From assembly GCA_964016885.1 (NCBI GenBank), contig OZ024742.1, positions 108,004,001-108,068,000 of the forward strand: 64,000 nt of DNA. The letters are read 5' to 3'. Numbering within the stretch: the first letter of the stretch is position 1; each line of letters begins with the position of its first letter. Position numbers and translations under genes: made by a program. The notes below the pieces were generated by a model. It ran no database searches, was not told the DNA's origin, and saw nothing but the letters and a program-made list of their open reading frames with translations. This DNA comes from Eledone cirrhosa. Taxonomy: Eukaryota. Shown piece after piece: positions 38,873 to 52,856 of the stretch.

Positions 38873-39492
38873 TGGTGGCTGCCAACTCGTTTTCGAGTAC
38901 GGCCACTACTTTATATCCATGTAGGAGAACCCCTACCGATGCGCTGAACGAATGTGACCTTTTAGTCCAGCCAGTGACTTGAAAACTCTGGTACAAACAC
39001 TACACTTGTGACAATTACTGACACATACATATATACAAACATACATACATACATATATCTCGGGAATTTTATCCGCCCTAGATAGATAGATGGTGGCTGC
39101 CAACTCGTTTTCGAGTACGGCCACTACTTTATATCCATGTAGGAGAAACCCTACCGATGCGCTGAACGAGTGTGACTTTTTAGTCCAGCCAGCGACTTGA
39201 AAACTCTGGTACAAACACTACACTTGTGACAATTATTGACACATAGTGCTGGGCCCATGGTACCATGTGACGACAAGTGCAGAGAGATCTCCAGATATAA
39301 AGCAATGCCTGTGCCGTGAAGCTTTTATAGTGAGCAAAGGCACTGCACAAAGCCAGTCCCACTCTCTTAACCAAGATGATATTTACCAAAAAGAAGAACA
39401 AGTCAACATCATTGGATACCATCAGGGTTGCAGGTGTTATATCAGAGTTTTCCTTCTCCTAGAATTCTGCCTTGACAAAGGACAAAGGCTAA
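38873..39492 (-). mobile_element. Two adjacent bipartite RTE family 1 copies (38873-39027 and 39091-39492)
   Basis: Reverse complement matches to 7149-7540. Confidence 0.9.
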
Positions 39493-39528
39493 GATAGATA
39501 GATACATACATACATACATACAAACATA

Positions 39529-39726
39529 CGAGCGTCGGCTGAAAAGTTCATAGGCTGAATTTGAAGTAGTGATGCTAGGGCTGTGAAATCTTGCATGCAT
39601 TAATTTCAACTCTTCTTATTAATTATTACATTGTTTCTTTCCAAGGACTAGGTTGAAAAATAAACCTCATTTGGTAAATCCAGGAGAATATCTTGGTCAG
39701 CCTATGAACTTTTCAGCTGACTTTCG
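39529..39726. mobile_element. Mariner-type MITE
   Basis: Homologous to 6284-6498, with TA flanks. Confidence 0.8.
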
Positions 39727-39734
39727 TACACACT

Positions 39735-39878
<144 letters not shown>

Positions 39879-40289
39879 CATACACACACACACATATATA
39901 AACATTCATACATACATATATGACTGAATACTGAATGGCTTCTGCAGTTTCCATCTACCAAATTCTACTCGCAACACATTGGTCTGACGAGAAATCTATA
40001 ATATACAACCTATTGGAGACTGACTAAACCAACATTGATTTGAGTTTTAACAACAATAGACATATCCCCTATCATTAAACCATCCAAGAAACCACTTATG
40101 AGACACAACCTTGTAAGAGGACAGTTAAACTTACATAAGTGTGAGCTGTATCAACAATAACATTATAGGACCAGGGCGTCTATCAATAACACACCCAAGA
40201 AGTTCTCTTGTAGAGAGACCAGCTAATTATACATAGGTGTTATCTATACATTTCATTTTGTGTTTTATTCTAATTTATATTCTTATTTT

Positions 40290-41340
40290 CTGCAAGACTT
40301 GACAATATTACATCTCTTTGCCAGACTCTTAGTAATCTCCCTTGTCTACTGTTTTGAAAATTGGGATTATCGCTTTACAGATCCAGGCCACCCGACACAC
40401 GCGAGTCAGCTTGAGATTACCTTCTCTATTTAAGGCTTTTAACAACTCGGGCTAAATCTCATCTTGCCCAGAGATCTTTCCACATTTGGGCTCTTTGATT
40501 ACTCTGGTACGCACTGCCACCTCTCCTATTCATTATATTCATGAACAGGATTCACGTGCGCAACCAGGTTGGGAGTGATATCAAAACCGGCGAGTATAGG
40601 ATCAGTTGGCTAGAATTTGCTGACAATATGGTACTACTTAACTTGTTGGAAGGTGATCTTCGACTTGTACTGGATAGGTGTATTGCCGATTGTAGCACGG
40701 CAGGAATAAAAATCAGTGCTGCGAAGAATGAGACACTTGTCCTCTGAAGGACATGTGTGAGTCGAGTTTCACTGAAGCAGATGGAGAAGTTCAAGTATCT
40801 CAGCGCCATGGTCAGGTGTGGTGGAAGGAAGGAGGCTGAATGAAATGCAAGAATTGAAGCTTTAGCACTCGGCCATCAGTAGAAATGGGATAGGTGTAAA
40901 AGCCCAACTCGTTATTTTCAATTAGGTGTTCATGCCAAATCATGAATCTTGGGTAATGACTGAAAGAATACGATCGCGAATACAAGCAGCCGAAATAGGC
41001 TTCCTAGGAGGTTCTATAGAGTAAAGACACTTCATAGGATGCGTAGCTCAAAGATTAAAGAGTCGCTTCAGGTAAAGCCGCTACTTGGCCAAATTCTGAG
41101 ATGACAACTCCGATATTAAGGACATGTGGTTAGAATGGCCCAGGAAAGAATCGCTGGAAAGATTTTACGCACAAAGTCAACCGACAGGAGACCTAGTGGT
41201 ACACTATGAGTTAGATGGTTGGATAATATCCATGAACCCAGTTGGTCTCACTTGGGGATCTAGCCGGATCAGTTGGAGGCAGTTACTTCTGATAGAACCC
41301 CCAGGAGAGCATTTCATTCAGCCTCCTGGAATAAGTTGGT
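40290..41340. mobile_element. Old RTE-like LINE remnant with an inverted 5' part
   Basis: Plus strand 40520-41340: SPIHY/FMNRI, LEFADNMVLL, MEKFKYL, GHVVRM. Minus strand 40290-40500: GKISGQDEI*PELLKAL, IIPIFK. Confidence 0.7.
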
Positions 41341-42033
41341 GAAATAACAAAAAAAAACAAACAAAAGTTTTGCTGAATACGAAATAAAATATTGAGATAG
41401 GAAAATATTTATCGCTTTAATCTTAATCTTCATTTAATTACACGGATAATGATATGGAGGAAGAAACCATACAAGTGAAACCTTTATCACAGTACGAAAC
41501 GCTATATAAAGCCGTAAAAGAAATAATCAATGTGGAAATTGTAGCTATGCTAGCAATCTGATGTAAATTAAATATTAAGAAATCATAATTTAATAATTAT
41601 GATATATGTTATTATATGATAGATACTACGATCAGAACCTGGCACTGCCATTAGGAAGGAAATGCAGCCCCCTAGGGAGCATTACTGAAGGTGAAAGCAT
41701 CACTGTTTTATATGAATCTAAACTATAATAAAGGAGGGTCTGCGGGACTGCGTACGGTTTATTTTTTTTTATCCCGTCAGTAAAATAAGTTGGATTACTT
41801 TGAATAAATAATGAATGAATGTTACATAATTTATCTACTAAATTTCGTAAACAAAAATAATTTCGTAAAAATAAATAATTTAAAATTGACTTCTTTTCAA
41901 AGTTGCACTTCCTGTATATCGTTGCCACCACCACCACTTCAACTACCATATATATAGAAAGAGAGAGTGTGTGATGTCAACATTTCCGGTGGCGATCAGT
42001 TAAATAAACATACTAATTTTAGTTTATATATAA

Positions 42034-43497
42034 CTAGCAGAGGTACCCAGCGTTGCTCGGGTATTAAATACCAGTTATGTATACCATTTATGTATGCTGC
42101 TTCGAAAACTATACTTTTACAAAATCATCGGCTTTTTCTAAAAGAGGGTTCCTGCCCCTAGGGTCCCCTACTCAATATGTCCCAATTCTGAGAGTCCACA
42201 TACATCTGTAAAACAAACGTAGCCCATGTGTCAAGTTTTGTGAAAATCGGTTGCGAACTCCAGAAGTTATGACGTTTTGTTGCATTGCACTGCAGTGCTT
42301 CAGTCGACTCCAAGGAAGTGGTTAAAGGGGGTTATCTGCCGGGAGGCCCTATAATCAATATCTGGAAAAATGAAAGTGCCCATGACCATCCGGAGTACAT
42401 AAGTAACCTATGTCTTAAGTTTGGTGAAAATACTGTAGAAATGCATAAGGTTTACACGCACACACGCGCGTGTGTATTTGTGTGTGCGTATGTATGTGTA
42501 TGTCCGTCGGTGCATACGTATGTACTGGCCTAAATCTTCACTATTTACTTTTACTATTTTAAGGCAAAGTTAAAATCCCGTCGAGGTTAACTTTGCCTTT
42601 CACCCCTACGGGGTCGATAAAATAAAGTACCAGTAATATACTGGGTATTTGCTGGCCTTGTGCCAAAAGTACAAACAACTATTTTAATAATCTCTGTCAT
42701 TTTCGTTTACAATTTTATTTACATCATTATTAAACTCCGGGGCTGGAAATCATTCGGTTATTTTAAACTTTTAAATAGAATATTAGTCTAACGACTCCAT
42801 TTACACCATAAACTTGGTTTTGTCTTTGCATGAAATTGTTCTTCTCGGTCCACATAACGACGTATTATCCTCGCTTTTTTTCCGTTCATTACCAAATATA
42901 TTTTAAATATATACATAAACTACAATATTAAAGAAAATGCAAAAGAAGGGGGTGAACAACGGAGCCAACACCAGAGCAAAAGACAGCAACGTCGCGAGTA
43001 CTGGGCAAACTCTCTAATTTTGAGGCAAGCCAGCACACTCGCAGCGTTGCCTCGGGTGATGGCGAGGCTGATGCGCTGAAATATTGTTTTAAAATACTTT
43101 TTAATGGAAATGAAGCAAAATGGAAGCTTAATGTTCAAACTTCGAACTCATGAATTTTGCAGGTTTAAATTTTGCTGGCCCGAAAACTGAAATTTTTGTA
43201 CCTTTGCACGTAGATAAACAAATGAAGATAAACAAATGACGCCATAAATGGGAAATAACTCGTCTCTCATCTCTATTTATACATTTGAACTGAAAAATCA
43301 ATACATTACAAATTCGCTTTTTGCACTTGGCGTGGGTTGATTTGAAATCTTTTTTGACCGATGTCCCCGCCGGACCTTCATCTATCTATAAGTGTAGCAA
43401 TTTCACCGAAATTTGAACGTACGGTTTAAGAGGAGATGTGTGCCGACCGTTTTAGTAGATATACAGACAGACAACCTCAGTTTTATATATATATAGA
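42034..43497 (-). mobile_element. Non-autonomous Helitron
   Basis: Minus strand starts TCTATATATATATAAAA...TGTCTGTCTG and ends ACCCGAGCAACGCTGGGT (hairpin) ACCTCTGCTAG|T; may be composite and contains a SINE. Confidence 0.65.
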
Positions 43498-44564
43498 CTA
43501 GCAGAAAACCACCCGGTGGGCGGTTTTCTGCTAGCAAATCTAGTGTATATACTGATATTGTTGAGATTTGGATGAGAAATGTTTTCGGCACCACATGTTC
43601 ACCGTCTCTTGGTGTGTCTTTTATGCATGTATAAATATATATGTTATCTATACGGTGAAATCTTTGAAATAAATATATGTTAAAACGAAAAAGGAGAAAA
43701 TAAATAACTGGCGGTTAGAAAAAAATATTCCTATGAAATTTTAATCATGCCATTAGGTGTGAATAAGGAAATATTTTTTATTGTCAAAACAAATGTTCAA
43801 AAGTTAAACTTAAATTTTTTGAATTATTTCCAATTTTTTCATGAAATTGAACACTGGACATTGGCTGCTGGAAATGGAAATTAAATCGTATTTAATTGTA
43901 TTTAAATTTCTAACCTTATTTTATTATTTATATTTTTTCAATAAGAAATAAAAAAAAACAACAAAAAAAATTGAAGAAAAAAATTGAACAAATCAAACGT
44001 AGGTTATGGAACTGCGCAATCTGATTAATAAATTACCTCATCAGCAGCAACCTTCTTCAAATGGTCCTTATTATCAGCAGCAACAACCACAAATTCAATG
44101 TCAACCTTCTTCAAATGGTCCTTATTATCAGCAGCAACAACCACAAATTCAATGGCAACCTTCTTCAAACCACAAATTCAATGGCAACCTTCTTCAAATG
44201 GTCCTTATTATCAGCAGCAACAACCACAAATTCAATGGCAACCTTCTTCAAACCACAAATTCAATGGCAACCTTCTTCGCATGGTGTTAAGTCAGAACCG
44301 CCTCGGACTGGTTACTTCTGGCTTGTGCAAGGTGTCTCTATAGCAACCAGCGATTCCCTCGGCCTCAGTGACCAAAGTCAGTGGAGAGGGGAAGGTAATA
44401 TTTCGTGTTTTAGCGTCTATTCACTCTCTCTCTCTCTCCCTCTCTTCCTCCCGCTATCCCCCTCTCGTCGTCTGTCTCTTTCTTTCACTCTCACTCTCTC
44501 TCTACGCACGTGTTTCCACTGTCGGACAGACAGACAGAAATTGCTGGTTATATATATAAGTAGA
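43498..44564 (-). mobile_element. Non-autonomous Helitron with internal minisatellite
   Basis: Minus strand A|TCTACTTATATATATAA...TCTGTCTGTCTG; 3' palindrome CTAGCAGAAAACC...GGTTTTCTGCTAG. Confidence 0.7.
44040..44278 (+). repeat. Minisatellite of 54-bp and 29-bp units
   Basis: CAACCTTCTTCAAATGGTCCTTATTATCAGCAGCAACAACCACAAATTCAATGG repeats interleaved with CAACCTTCTTCAAACCACAAATTCAATGG. Confidence 0.9.
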
Positions 44565-44681
44565 TATCGTCTTTTTTTAATGTATCATGGATTACGTTGC
44601 TGATTACATAAGACAGTGTAACGTATCCTTCGTTCAATTTCTGTTTATATTGTCAATTACGATTTCATTTGATGTATCATA

Positions 44682-44769
44682 TCTAAATATATAAATACTT
44701 GCGTATAATATCAATATACACACTACACATGCTAGCAGAAAACCACCCGAAGGGTGGTTTTTCTGCTAG
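44682..44769 (+). mobile_element. Candidate 88-bp mini-Helitron
   Basis: A|TCTAAATATATAAA ... GCTAGCAGAAAACCACCC gaa GGGTGGTTTTTCTGCTAG|T. Confidence 0.55.
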
Positions 44770-45315
44770 TTTGTATAATTAACTTAAATATATAATTCAT
44801 GAAATAAATAAATATATCACTTAACAACATTGTCGTGTTGTGGAAATATCGAAAGTGCGTCATATAGTGGTATGACCAGTCATATAATTGGGCGTGAGTG
44901 AGAGTGAATTGTGTTGTAGTAAAATACAAGTTTAATAATATTATTAGTGTGATCACAGCAAATAGAAATACACACATTGACTTAGAATGCTTCTTTGAGA
45001 TTTTTTCGATTCTCTTATGTATCGTATGTGTATCACTCTCTTTCTCTCTCTCATTCCCCCTGTCTATCTCTCTCTCTATATATATGTATATATGTATGTA
45101 TATATGTATGTTTTGAAACAGCGAGCGAGTTTGAAAATAGAAATAGAAGCTTTCGCCATACTTTGGGCTAAAAAACCTTTTAACCTGATAGTGGGGTTTA
45201 GAACCCTCTAAAAAATGGAAAAAGAGGAGTATGGACGTATATGTACATAAATCCCATTACCAGGCTAAAATGTCTTTAGTCAAAAGTACGGCGAACGCTT
45301 CTATTTCTATATATG

Positions 45316-45824
45316 CAAGGTGATTGAAAATTAGCTCCCTATTTGAACATTTTTTATAATTTATTTCTTAATACTTTTTGCAAGAAATGAATATGAGAAG
45401 AAAGCGTATAGCATGGAGTTTTAGTTAAAATTCAATATGGGCACCAGAATTCGACACCAGCTTCTCAAGCCGCCTGGGAAGTGCATCAACTGATTTCATC
45501 AACTCTTGTAGGATGAAAGACATAACTTCTCGTATTCGCCCTTCAAGTTCTTCCAAAGTCGTTGGTTTGGTAGTGTAGACTTGCTCCTTTAACCAACCAC
45601 AAAGAAAAAGGTTACAGGGTGTTAAGTCAGGGCTTCTGACTGGCTACTCATGCGGACAACGACGACCAATCCATCTCCCAGGAACGTGGGCATTCAACCA
45701 TTCACGAACAACAATAGCAAAATCAAATCTTCAATATTTTCCCAAGTACTGATAACTGGCCAGATTTCATCTTGCAGCATGGCAAGGTACCTTTCAGCAT
45801 AGGAGTTACTTTTCAATCACCCTG
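45316..45824 (-). mobile_element. Tc1/mariner-superfamily transposon remnant
   Basis: TIR CA.GGTGATTGAAAA at both ends; minus strand reads PGRWIGRR...RSPDLTPCNLFLCGWLKEQVY. Confidence 0.85.
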
Positions 45825-45930
<106 letters not shown>

Positions 45931-46551
45931 TGTTTTGGAAATAAAGCCCGATTGTATTAAATCATTCATATATGGCTGACCGAATACGTGTGCTTTTTTC
46001 TTCATTTTTTTTTCCGTTTCTTCCTCTTCTCACTCTCTATTTTCCTATTTCATGTTTATTTCTCATCCCATCTTCTGATTAACTAATATGTTTCTTCATT
46101 TTACTGTCCCATTTGTTTTGTTATTTCTGTTTACTTTTTACACCCGCCCCCCCACACACACATACGCACGCGCGAACACACACACATATGTATATATAGA
46201 GAGAGCTAAGCATATGTGAGCGAGTTTGTGTTAGAGTGTATTTTTCTATGTACTTATGTGTATATGTAAGTGTGTACTCATGGCCTTGCAAGTCAGCCCA
46301 TAGTTGAGTAAGACTCTCAATTTCACGTAGTTCCAGTTCACTCAGCTGGCAAAATAATGTGGAAATGTTTTTGAAAAGTAATTGAAATGTCTAGCCTGGT
46401 AACACATTGTGTCACGTTGAATCTCATTGAGAATTACGTTAAGGATACACTTCTCCATGGAATGTTCAGATACATTAATAGTAGGTTGTTCCGTTGAGGA
46501 AACAACTGGAACACACGTTGTCAGAGCCGACGGGAGTCCATCACACACACC

Positions 46552-46642
<91 letters not shown>

Positions 46643-48884
46643 CCTACTCTTGATACTTAGAACGTTTTTAGACTTTGTGAAAATTTATCTTTATTTATAT
46701 ATTTATAGCTTGACAATTTATTTTTCCGACATAACTTGCCTTAAATATTTTTTCAACTTTTTTTCTTTTTAAATCATTTCCTATTGCATCTCTTCTGAAA
46801 TAACAATTTTATGAATTGACTTTATAGCCATAAGTTACATATAGATTATCCCCCCTTTTAGTTTCAGTTACAATAACAAGCAGGAAATTTAATCTGAAAA
46901 TTTAGAAGATAAATGAATCACATATCTTTTGAAACGAGTAAACTTTACTGTTTTCTTTGTGATTTAAGTATCAATAGGAGAGACGCTAAAGCGACAGCCC
47001 TCACATTCTTTCCTAAAGCTTTTCATGTTGCAAGTAGTAAAATATACATGAAATTAATGCGGTTACACTTTTAATTTTGAACGATTGAATTTCGGTTACT
47101 GGCTGGCGGATAAGAAATTACTGAGAAACCCACATTTAAAAAGCAATAATACAGTAACAATGTAATGCTTTGTCTTGATAGTTACAGCAGTGATTACGAT
47201 AATGGCCAAAAACCCAAGTGAATTTAGTTGAACGTTAATCTATGTTAAAGCCATTCTGATGGAGAGGGACATTTGTTTTATTAGAGATCTATTCAAGTCG
47301 TAGGTCCTTAAATCAGTATGGATTCACAGGGGGGCGATGTGATATACGGTATGTCTTAGGCATTTTGAACCTGGTAGAGCTTATACATCTGCAGGTCTGA
47401 ACACACTTGATTTCTTCAAAAAAGAAGTAAAGAGCGTGAGAATAAGAAAGTAATAACGAGGATGAATCAACTCTAGCATTGAACATGTATATTATTTATC
47501 GAATTCGGAAGGATGAAAGACAAAATTAACTTCGGCGAGATTTCAGTTGGGATTTCAACAGAGAGCCGGAACAAATACCGCAAAACATTTTATTAGATGT
47601 TCTAACGATTCTGTTAATTCGCAGTCGTACATATTAAAGATGGTATGGTTCAGTAACTCGTGATAGAGACGTAGAGGTGCCGTATTCACATACGGTATGA
47701 CATAAGCAGTTCGAACCTGGTAGAGCCTATCCATCTGCAGGTCTGAACACACTCGATTTCTCCAAGAAAGAAGGAGGGAGCGTGAGAACAAGAAATAGAT
47801 ATCGATAAAGAATCGACTCCAGCATCCCGAGGGATTCGTAGGGGCGCCGTATTGACATACAGTGTTTCTTGGGCATTTTCAGCCCGGTGGAGCCCATCCC
47901 TCTCCACTAGATTTCTTCCAGGGAAAGGTAGAGAGTGAGAGAATGGAAGTGAGAAAGAGATATAGAGGAAGAATCAACTCCAGTACTTGACTGGTACTTT
48001 TTTCTTTTTATTAACCTTAAATGGATGAAAGGCAAAGTTGACCTCTGTGGGATTTGAACTCAAATAGCAGAAAACCGAAACGAATACCGCAAATCATTCT
48101 ATCCGACGTTTTAACGACTATGTCCATTCACCGCCTGCATTAAAGCTACAAATGACCAAATAAGGCTAGTAGTAGAATTTTGAAAGGTTAGCGAAGTAAA
48201 AAAACTTTTACGTTTGAAATATTTGAGAAGCTGTAAAATATTTATGAATACCTTACACAAGGTATTGGCATAAGGTTTGGAATTCCATAATAATAATTTC
48301 TTATATAGGCACAAGGCCGGCAATTCCGGGGAGGGGGGGGGGGGGTCGATTAAATCGATCCCAGTGCGCGACTGGAACTTTATTTTATCGACCCTGTAAG
48401 GATGAAAGGCAAAGTTATCCTTGGCGGGATTTGAACTCTTGGAATTCCATAATGATAATAATAAATGTATTCTAATTGAGTTCATGAAGTGTTGTCGTAA
48501 TAAAACATCTGAAAACGTATCAATTTTGGTGTTATTTGCAATTTTTCACATCAACTCAAATAATTCAGATTAGATTTAGTTTGGACAGTATTCCTTATCA
48601 AATATATTTTTATCAAATTTGATATAAGCAAGTGACTATTTTAAACATTTATGTCACTATATTTATCACAATGTTATTGTGATTCTATATTAGACGGTTG
48701 TTTAGCAAGTGGAAGTTAATATGAATACGAGTAAACGTGAATACGACAGCCAGTCCTTTCGACGATAATGTAAACAAGAGAACTAGAAATACAAAACAGT
48801 CAATTATACACACACACACATACACACACACACACACATACACACACGCACACATATATATATATTTATATACATATGTGTGTG

Positions 48885-48939
<55 letters not shown>

Positions 48940-49017
48940 TCATATATATATATATATACATTCATATATATATATATATATACACATATATATGTTTTAC
49001 ACAGCCCCACCCATATA

Positions 49018-49062
<45 letters not shown>

Positions 49063-49068
<6 letters not shown>

Positions 49069-49999
49069 TTATTCCGGGTTCAATCGGTGGTAACCACAGT
49101 AGGTAACGTACTCAATACATAGCAGAGTATAAATATTTAATATAGAACTGGCTTCTACAGGACTGGAACTGTTTCATTCGCAGGATATTATCAGGAAAGC
49201 CGACTGTCAATGTAATATGGGGGTATTTATACATTTTCTGGTGGTAGGGGAGGGTGGTGATTGGGATGGGTGGAGGGCATTGGGTAATGGATTTAAAGAA
49301 AGGGGATTATTTAAAAAAACTATATTTAGAGAAAAGGTATCCTCGGCCCTAGGGCTACCTCCCTACTCACCACCATAGGCGCTGAGCTGGCCAGCCGCAG
49401 GTGTGAGCCTCGCGACCTGGAATGGCTTTTGCAGCGCGTCTCTCTTGCCGTCCTCCGGGGAAACGCCTTCTCCATTCTGTCCACCGGGGCTGTGGGGAGG
49501 CCACCCATATGATTGACTGACTTGTCATTTTATCAGTCAGATACTCACTCATCCACTCCATTAGATATCTTCATTGAACTTCATCGTTTTTTTATTAAAT
49601 CACAAACACAAACACAAACACACTGAGAGGCACTCCTAATTTTCAAGGTTCATTTAATTCAAGGTTCATTTATTCCTATCTACAGGTGCTCCGAGTCGGG
49701 GCTTGTAACCTTGAATCGGTAGATGTTCTTCACTAGGCATACATTTCTTAGGGGGCATAATGTGGGTTCCTGCAGTTGCATGAAGTAGTCAACTCCTGCA
49801 TGCTTACTGCGAGGTTCCCATTATGTAGGTTGGGGCGGTAGATCCCTGTGACTAGTACAGCGTCCTTGGGCTGGTTGGTGTTCCTCGGGTCTGTCCCGGG
49901 TCACCATTTACCCACTCATGGCTCTGCTGGGTGGCTATAGGATCAGCTGTTGTCTGTATAAAGGTCCTAAGACAGACATCAGCTGATCCTATAGCCACC
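49063..49999 (-). mobile_element. 5'-truncated Penelope-like element, family A: GIY-YIG remnant, hammerhead terminus and short 5' inversion
   Basis: Minus strand CNCRNP/LCPLRNVCLVKNIYRFKVTSPDSEHL*IG (49780-49675); hammerhead-like motif at 49150-49201; inverted repeat 49930-49957/49972-49999. Confidence 0.8.
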
Positions 50000-50108
50000 A
50001 GATCCTTGGATTAATAAAACCACACTCCGGATCTGAACATATCAACGAATTAACAAGTTAAAATCTAGTCCAACATTAAGTTTTCGTGTTTTTTTTGTTC
50101 AAGTTCTA

Positions 50109-50197
50109 ACTGCCTGATGAGGTCATAGCAGTTGAATAATGACTATTACTGAAATATATATAGTCCTGAAATATATATAGCACTGAAATATATATAG
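50109..50197 (+). ncRNA. Hammerhead motif with a triplicated GAAA-TATATATA-G module
   Basis: ACTGC-CTGATGA-GGTCATAG...CTATTACT-GAAA-TATATATAG, with CTGAAATATATATAG repeated three times. Confidence 0.55.
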
Positions 50198-50233
50198 ATG
50201 TGTCGGTAAACAACCAACACATACTCAAAGTTA

Positions 50234-50364
<131 letters not shown>

Positions 50365-50566
50365 CCGGTCAGCATGGCTTCATTGGAAATTTAGACGCTG
50401 GTCTGAGACTTTTACTTCCCTCCGAAGAAGAGATATTATCTCGAAAATTAAGGACATTTAAATAAATTCAAGGTGAAAGACTAATTCTCACCAATATCTC
50501 TCACTATTGCATTCTTTTTCTATGTCCATATCTGCATTGTCTTGGCCTTATTACACATATTCTAAC

Positions 50567-50605
<39 letters not shown>

Positions 50606-50608
<3 letters not shown>

Positions 50609-50900
50609 GATATTAACAAATGGAAACTATATTTATAAAACCATATTTATTTCATTATACATATTTCAAGGACACCAAGTTAAATTATGGTGTGCTTTCA
50701 TCAGATAAAATATAATATAGAGGAGTTTTATAAATAAATATTGACATACCCTTAAATAATGCAACCATTACTGTTGGAAGCTCCCGGATAGTGGAGTTAT
50801 ATCTTTGAAAGCACACCATAATTTAACTTGGTGTCCTTGAAATATGTATAATGAAATAAATATGGTTTTATAAATATAGTTTCCATTTGTTAATATCGTA
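50606..50900. mobile_element. Penelope-like fold-back, 95-bp arms, hammerhead on the minus strand at about 50652-50707
   Basis: 50606-50700 is the reverse complement of 50806-50900; minus strand TAT-CTGATGA-AAGCACACCA..TGGTGTCCTT-GAAA-TATGTA-TA^ATG. Confidence 0.82.
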
Positions 50901-50986
50901 TTTTTACTCTAATTATTTGTTGAGTGCTTTATATAACTTATAAAAATATTTGCTTGTTGTATCCCAACAATTTAAATAGAACTTTT

Positions 50987-51039
<53 letters not shown>

Positions 51040-51403
51040 GGACCAACCAAGCGCTCTTGCCATAACACATTTTGAACTGCTTATCCTCAAGAACCATGCC
51101 TGTAAATAATATTATTCTTTCTTATCATGTTCCACATCACATTATTTTCTCTCCAACATTTTATACCAATACAAATTCCAGCATTTGATAATGCATAAAA
51201 GGCTGAAACCGGTAATAGACAATTATTAAATATATAAATAAATAAATAAATGTCATTGCTAATTAATAAATAAATTAACTAATACCTTAACACTTCACAC
51301 AAAGTAAAATATTTTGTTTTAAACATTTTCTAACCCAGAAAAAAGAGAAAAAATAAAAGGAAAAACAAATATTTTTCTTTCTAATAATCGTCTTTTTCTC
51401 CGT

Positions 51404-51440
<37 letters not shown>

Positions 51441-51507
51441 CAGACACACACAGGCACACACACAGACCCACAGATACACAGACACGCATACGCACACACA
51501 CATATAT

Positions 51508-51578
<71 letters not shown>

Positions 51579-51896
51579 GGTGTGTTTCAATGTGCATTTG
51601 TGTGCGTGCGTGTTTATGTGTGTATATATTCTAAGAGATTAATCATATCACATCAAAGAAAAATAAGCAGGCTGAGAACTTGAAAGAACGTTGCCTTCAA
51701 CCATATAATATTCTCTGAGAACAGTGCAAAATGCCATCTTCAGAATGATGGAAAGTGTTCTTTTTTCTTGACATTCTAGTCGCCTGGCAGACTATTGCAC
51801 AAATAAGGAAGGAAACAAATCCATGGAAATAGAGAATTTCTTTCTAAAGTAGACGAAGACACACACATACATGTACACATACATGTACACATATAT

Positions 51897-51973
<77 letters not shown>

Positions 51974-52320
51974 GTAAAAGAGAATGAGGTGTTAATGAAA
52001 ATATTTTTTATTTATCATGAATTGTGGTGTGTGTTTCACAGATGATTAGCTCGAGGTCTTAATCGGTACAATCGACGTGACTCTGATATCTATCTGCTCA
52101 TCAGGTATACAGATTAGAAAGAAAACATTTCCTCTAAGAAAGTGTATGCTCCCTGTCTATTTATTTTGAATTGAAACTTCGTTCTCTCTTACAAATATAT
52201 AACACACTGATACCGTGTTAAGTACAGACTTTGAACTGGAATCACACTGTTCAAATAGTAACAGTGAGTGCTTATACTGGTCTCACCTAGAGTAATTAAC
52301 AAGCATTGCTAAATAACAAA

Positions 52321-52365
<45 letters not shown>

Positions 52366-52413
52366 AAAGTAAGATCCTTTATATCTCTCACGGATAAAAC
52401 TATAGGAAATATA

Positions 52414-52856
52414 AGAAAAAGGAGTTGGAAAAGCAATTGGAGTCATTAAGAAGGTTTCTATACAATGACTTTACCGGTTTCACAGCTTCATGATTATCAA
52501 AATGTAAGTGAGATGAAAAGATGTGTGGCTATGCCGTGATGTATCTCGCATCTGACGGCTTAGAAAATGTCTTTTCGTTTATGCAAAAAAGTATCTCAGA
52601 TTGCTATCTGTTTAAAGAATAATTTGATTAGTTGTGGAAGATCACGGGATTTGGTGTAGAGTTTCGTTGTAGTTTTGCACCAAAACATGGTAATGTCATG
52701 GGTCAGTAAACGTGCTGCTTTTGGTATTACCACTAGCCATGTTCACTAAACCATGACACTCCCAAATTTTTTAAATCATAGAACTGCGAAACCGATAAAG
52801 TTATTGTAAATATATTTTCTTAAAGACACCAATTGAATCTTCAACTTCTTTTTCCT
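52414..52856. mobile_element. Old diverged Penelope-like fold-back
   Basis: About 52414-52504 is a diverged reverse complement of 52766-52856; contains GAAACCGGTA. Confidence 0.55.

Noticed and set aside
37185-38947. Intact host exon or bidirectional gene pair
   Set aside because: In-frame stop in poly-Q, several frameshifts and a strand switch; better explained as an inverted retrocopy, though sequencing error cannot be fully excluded.
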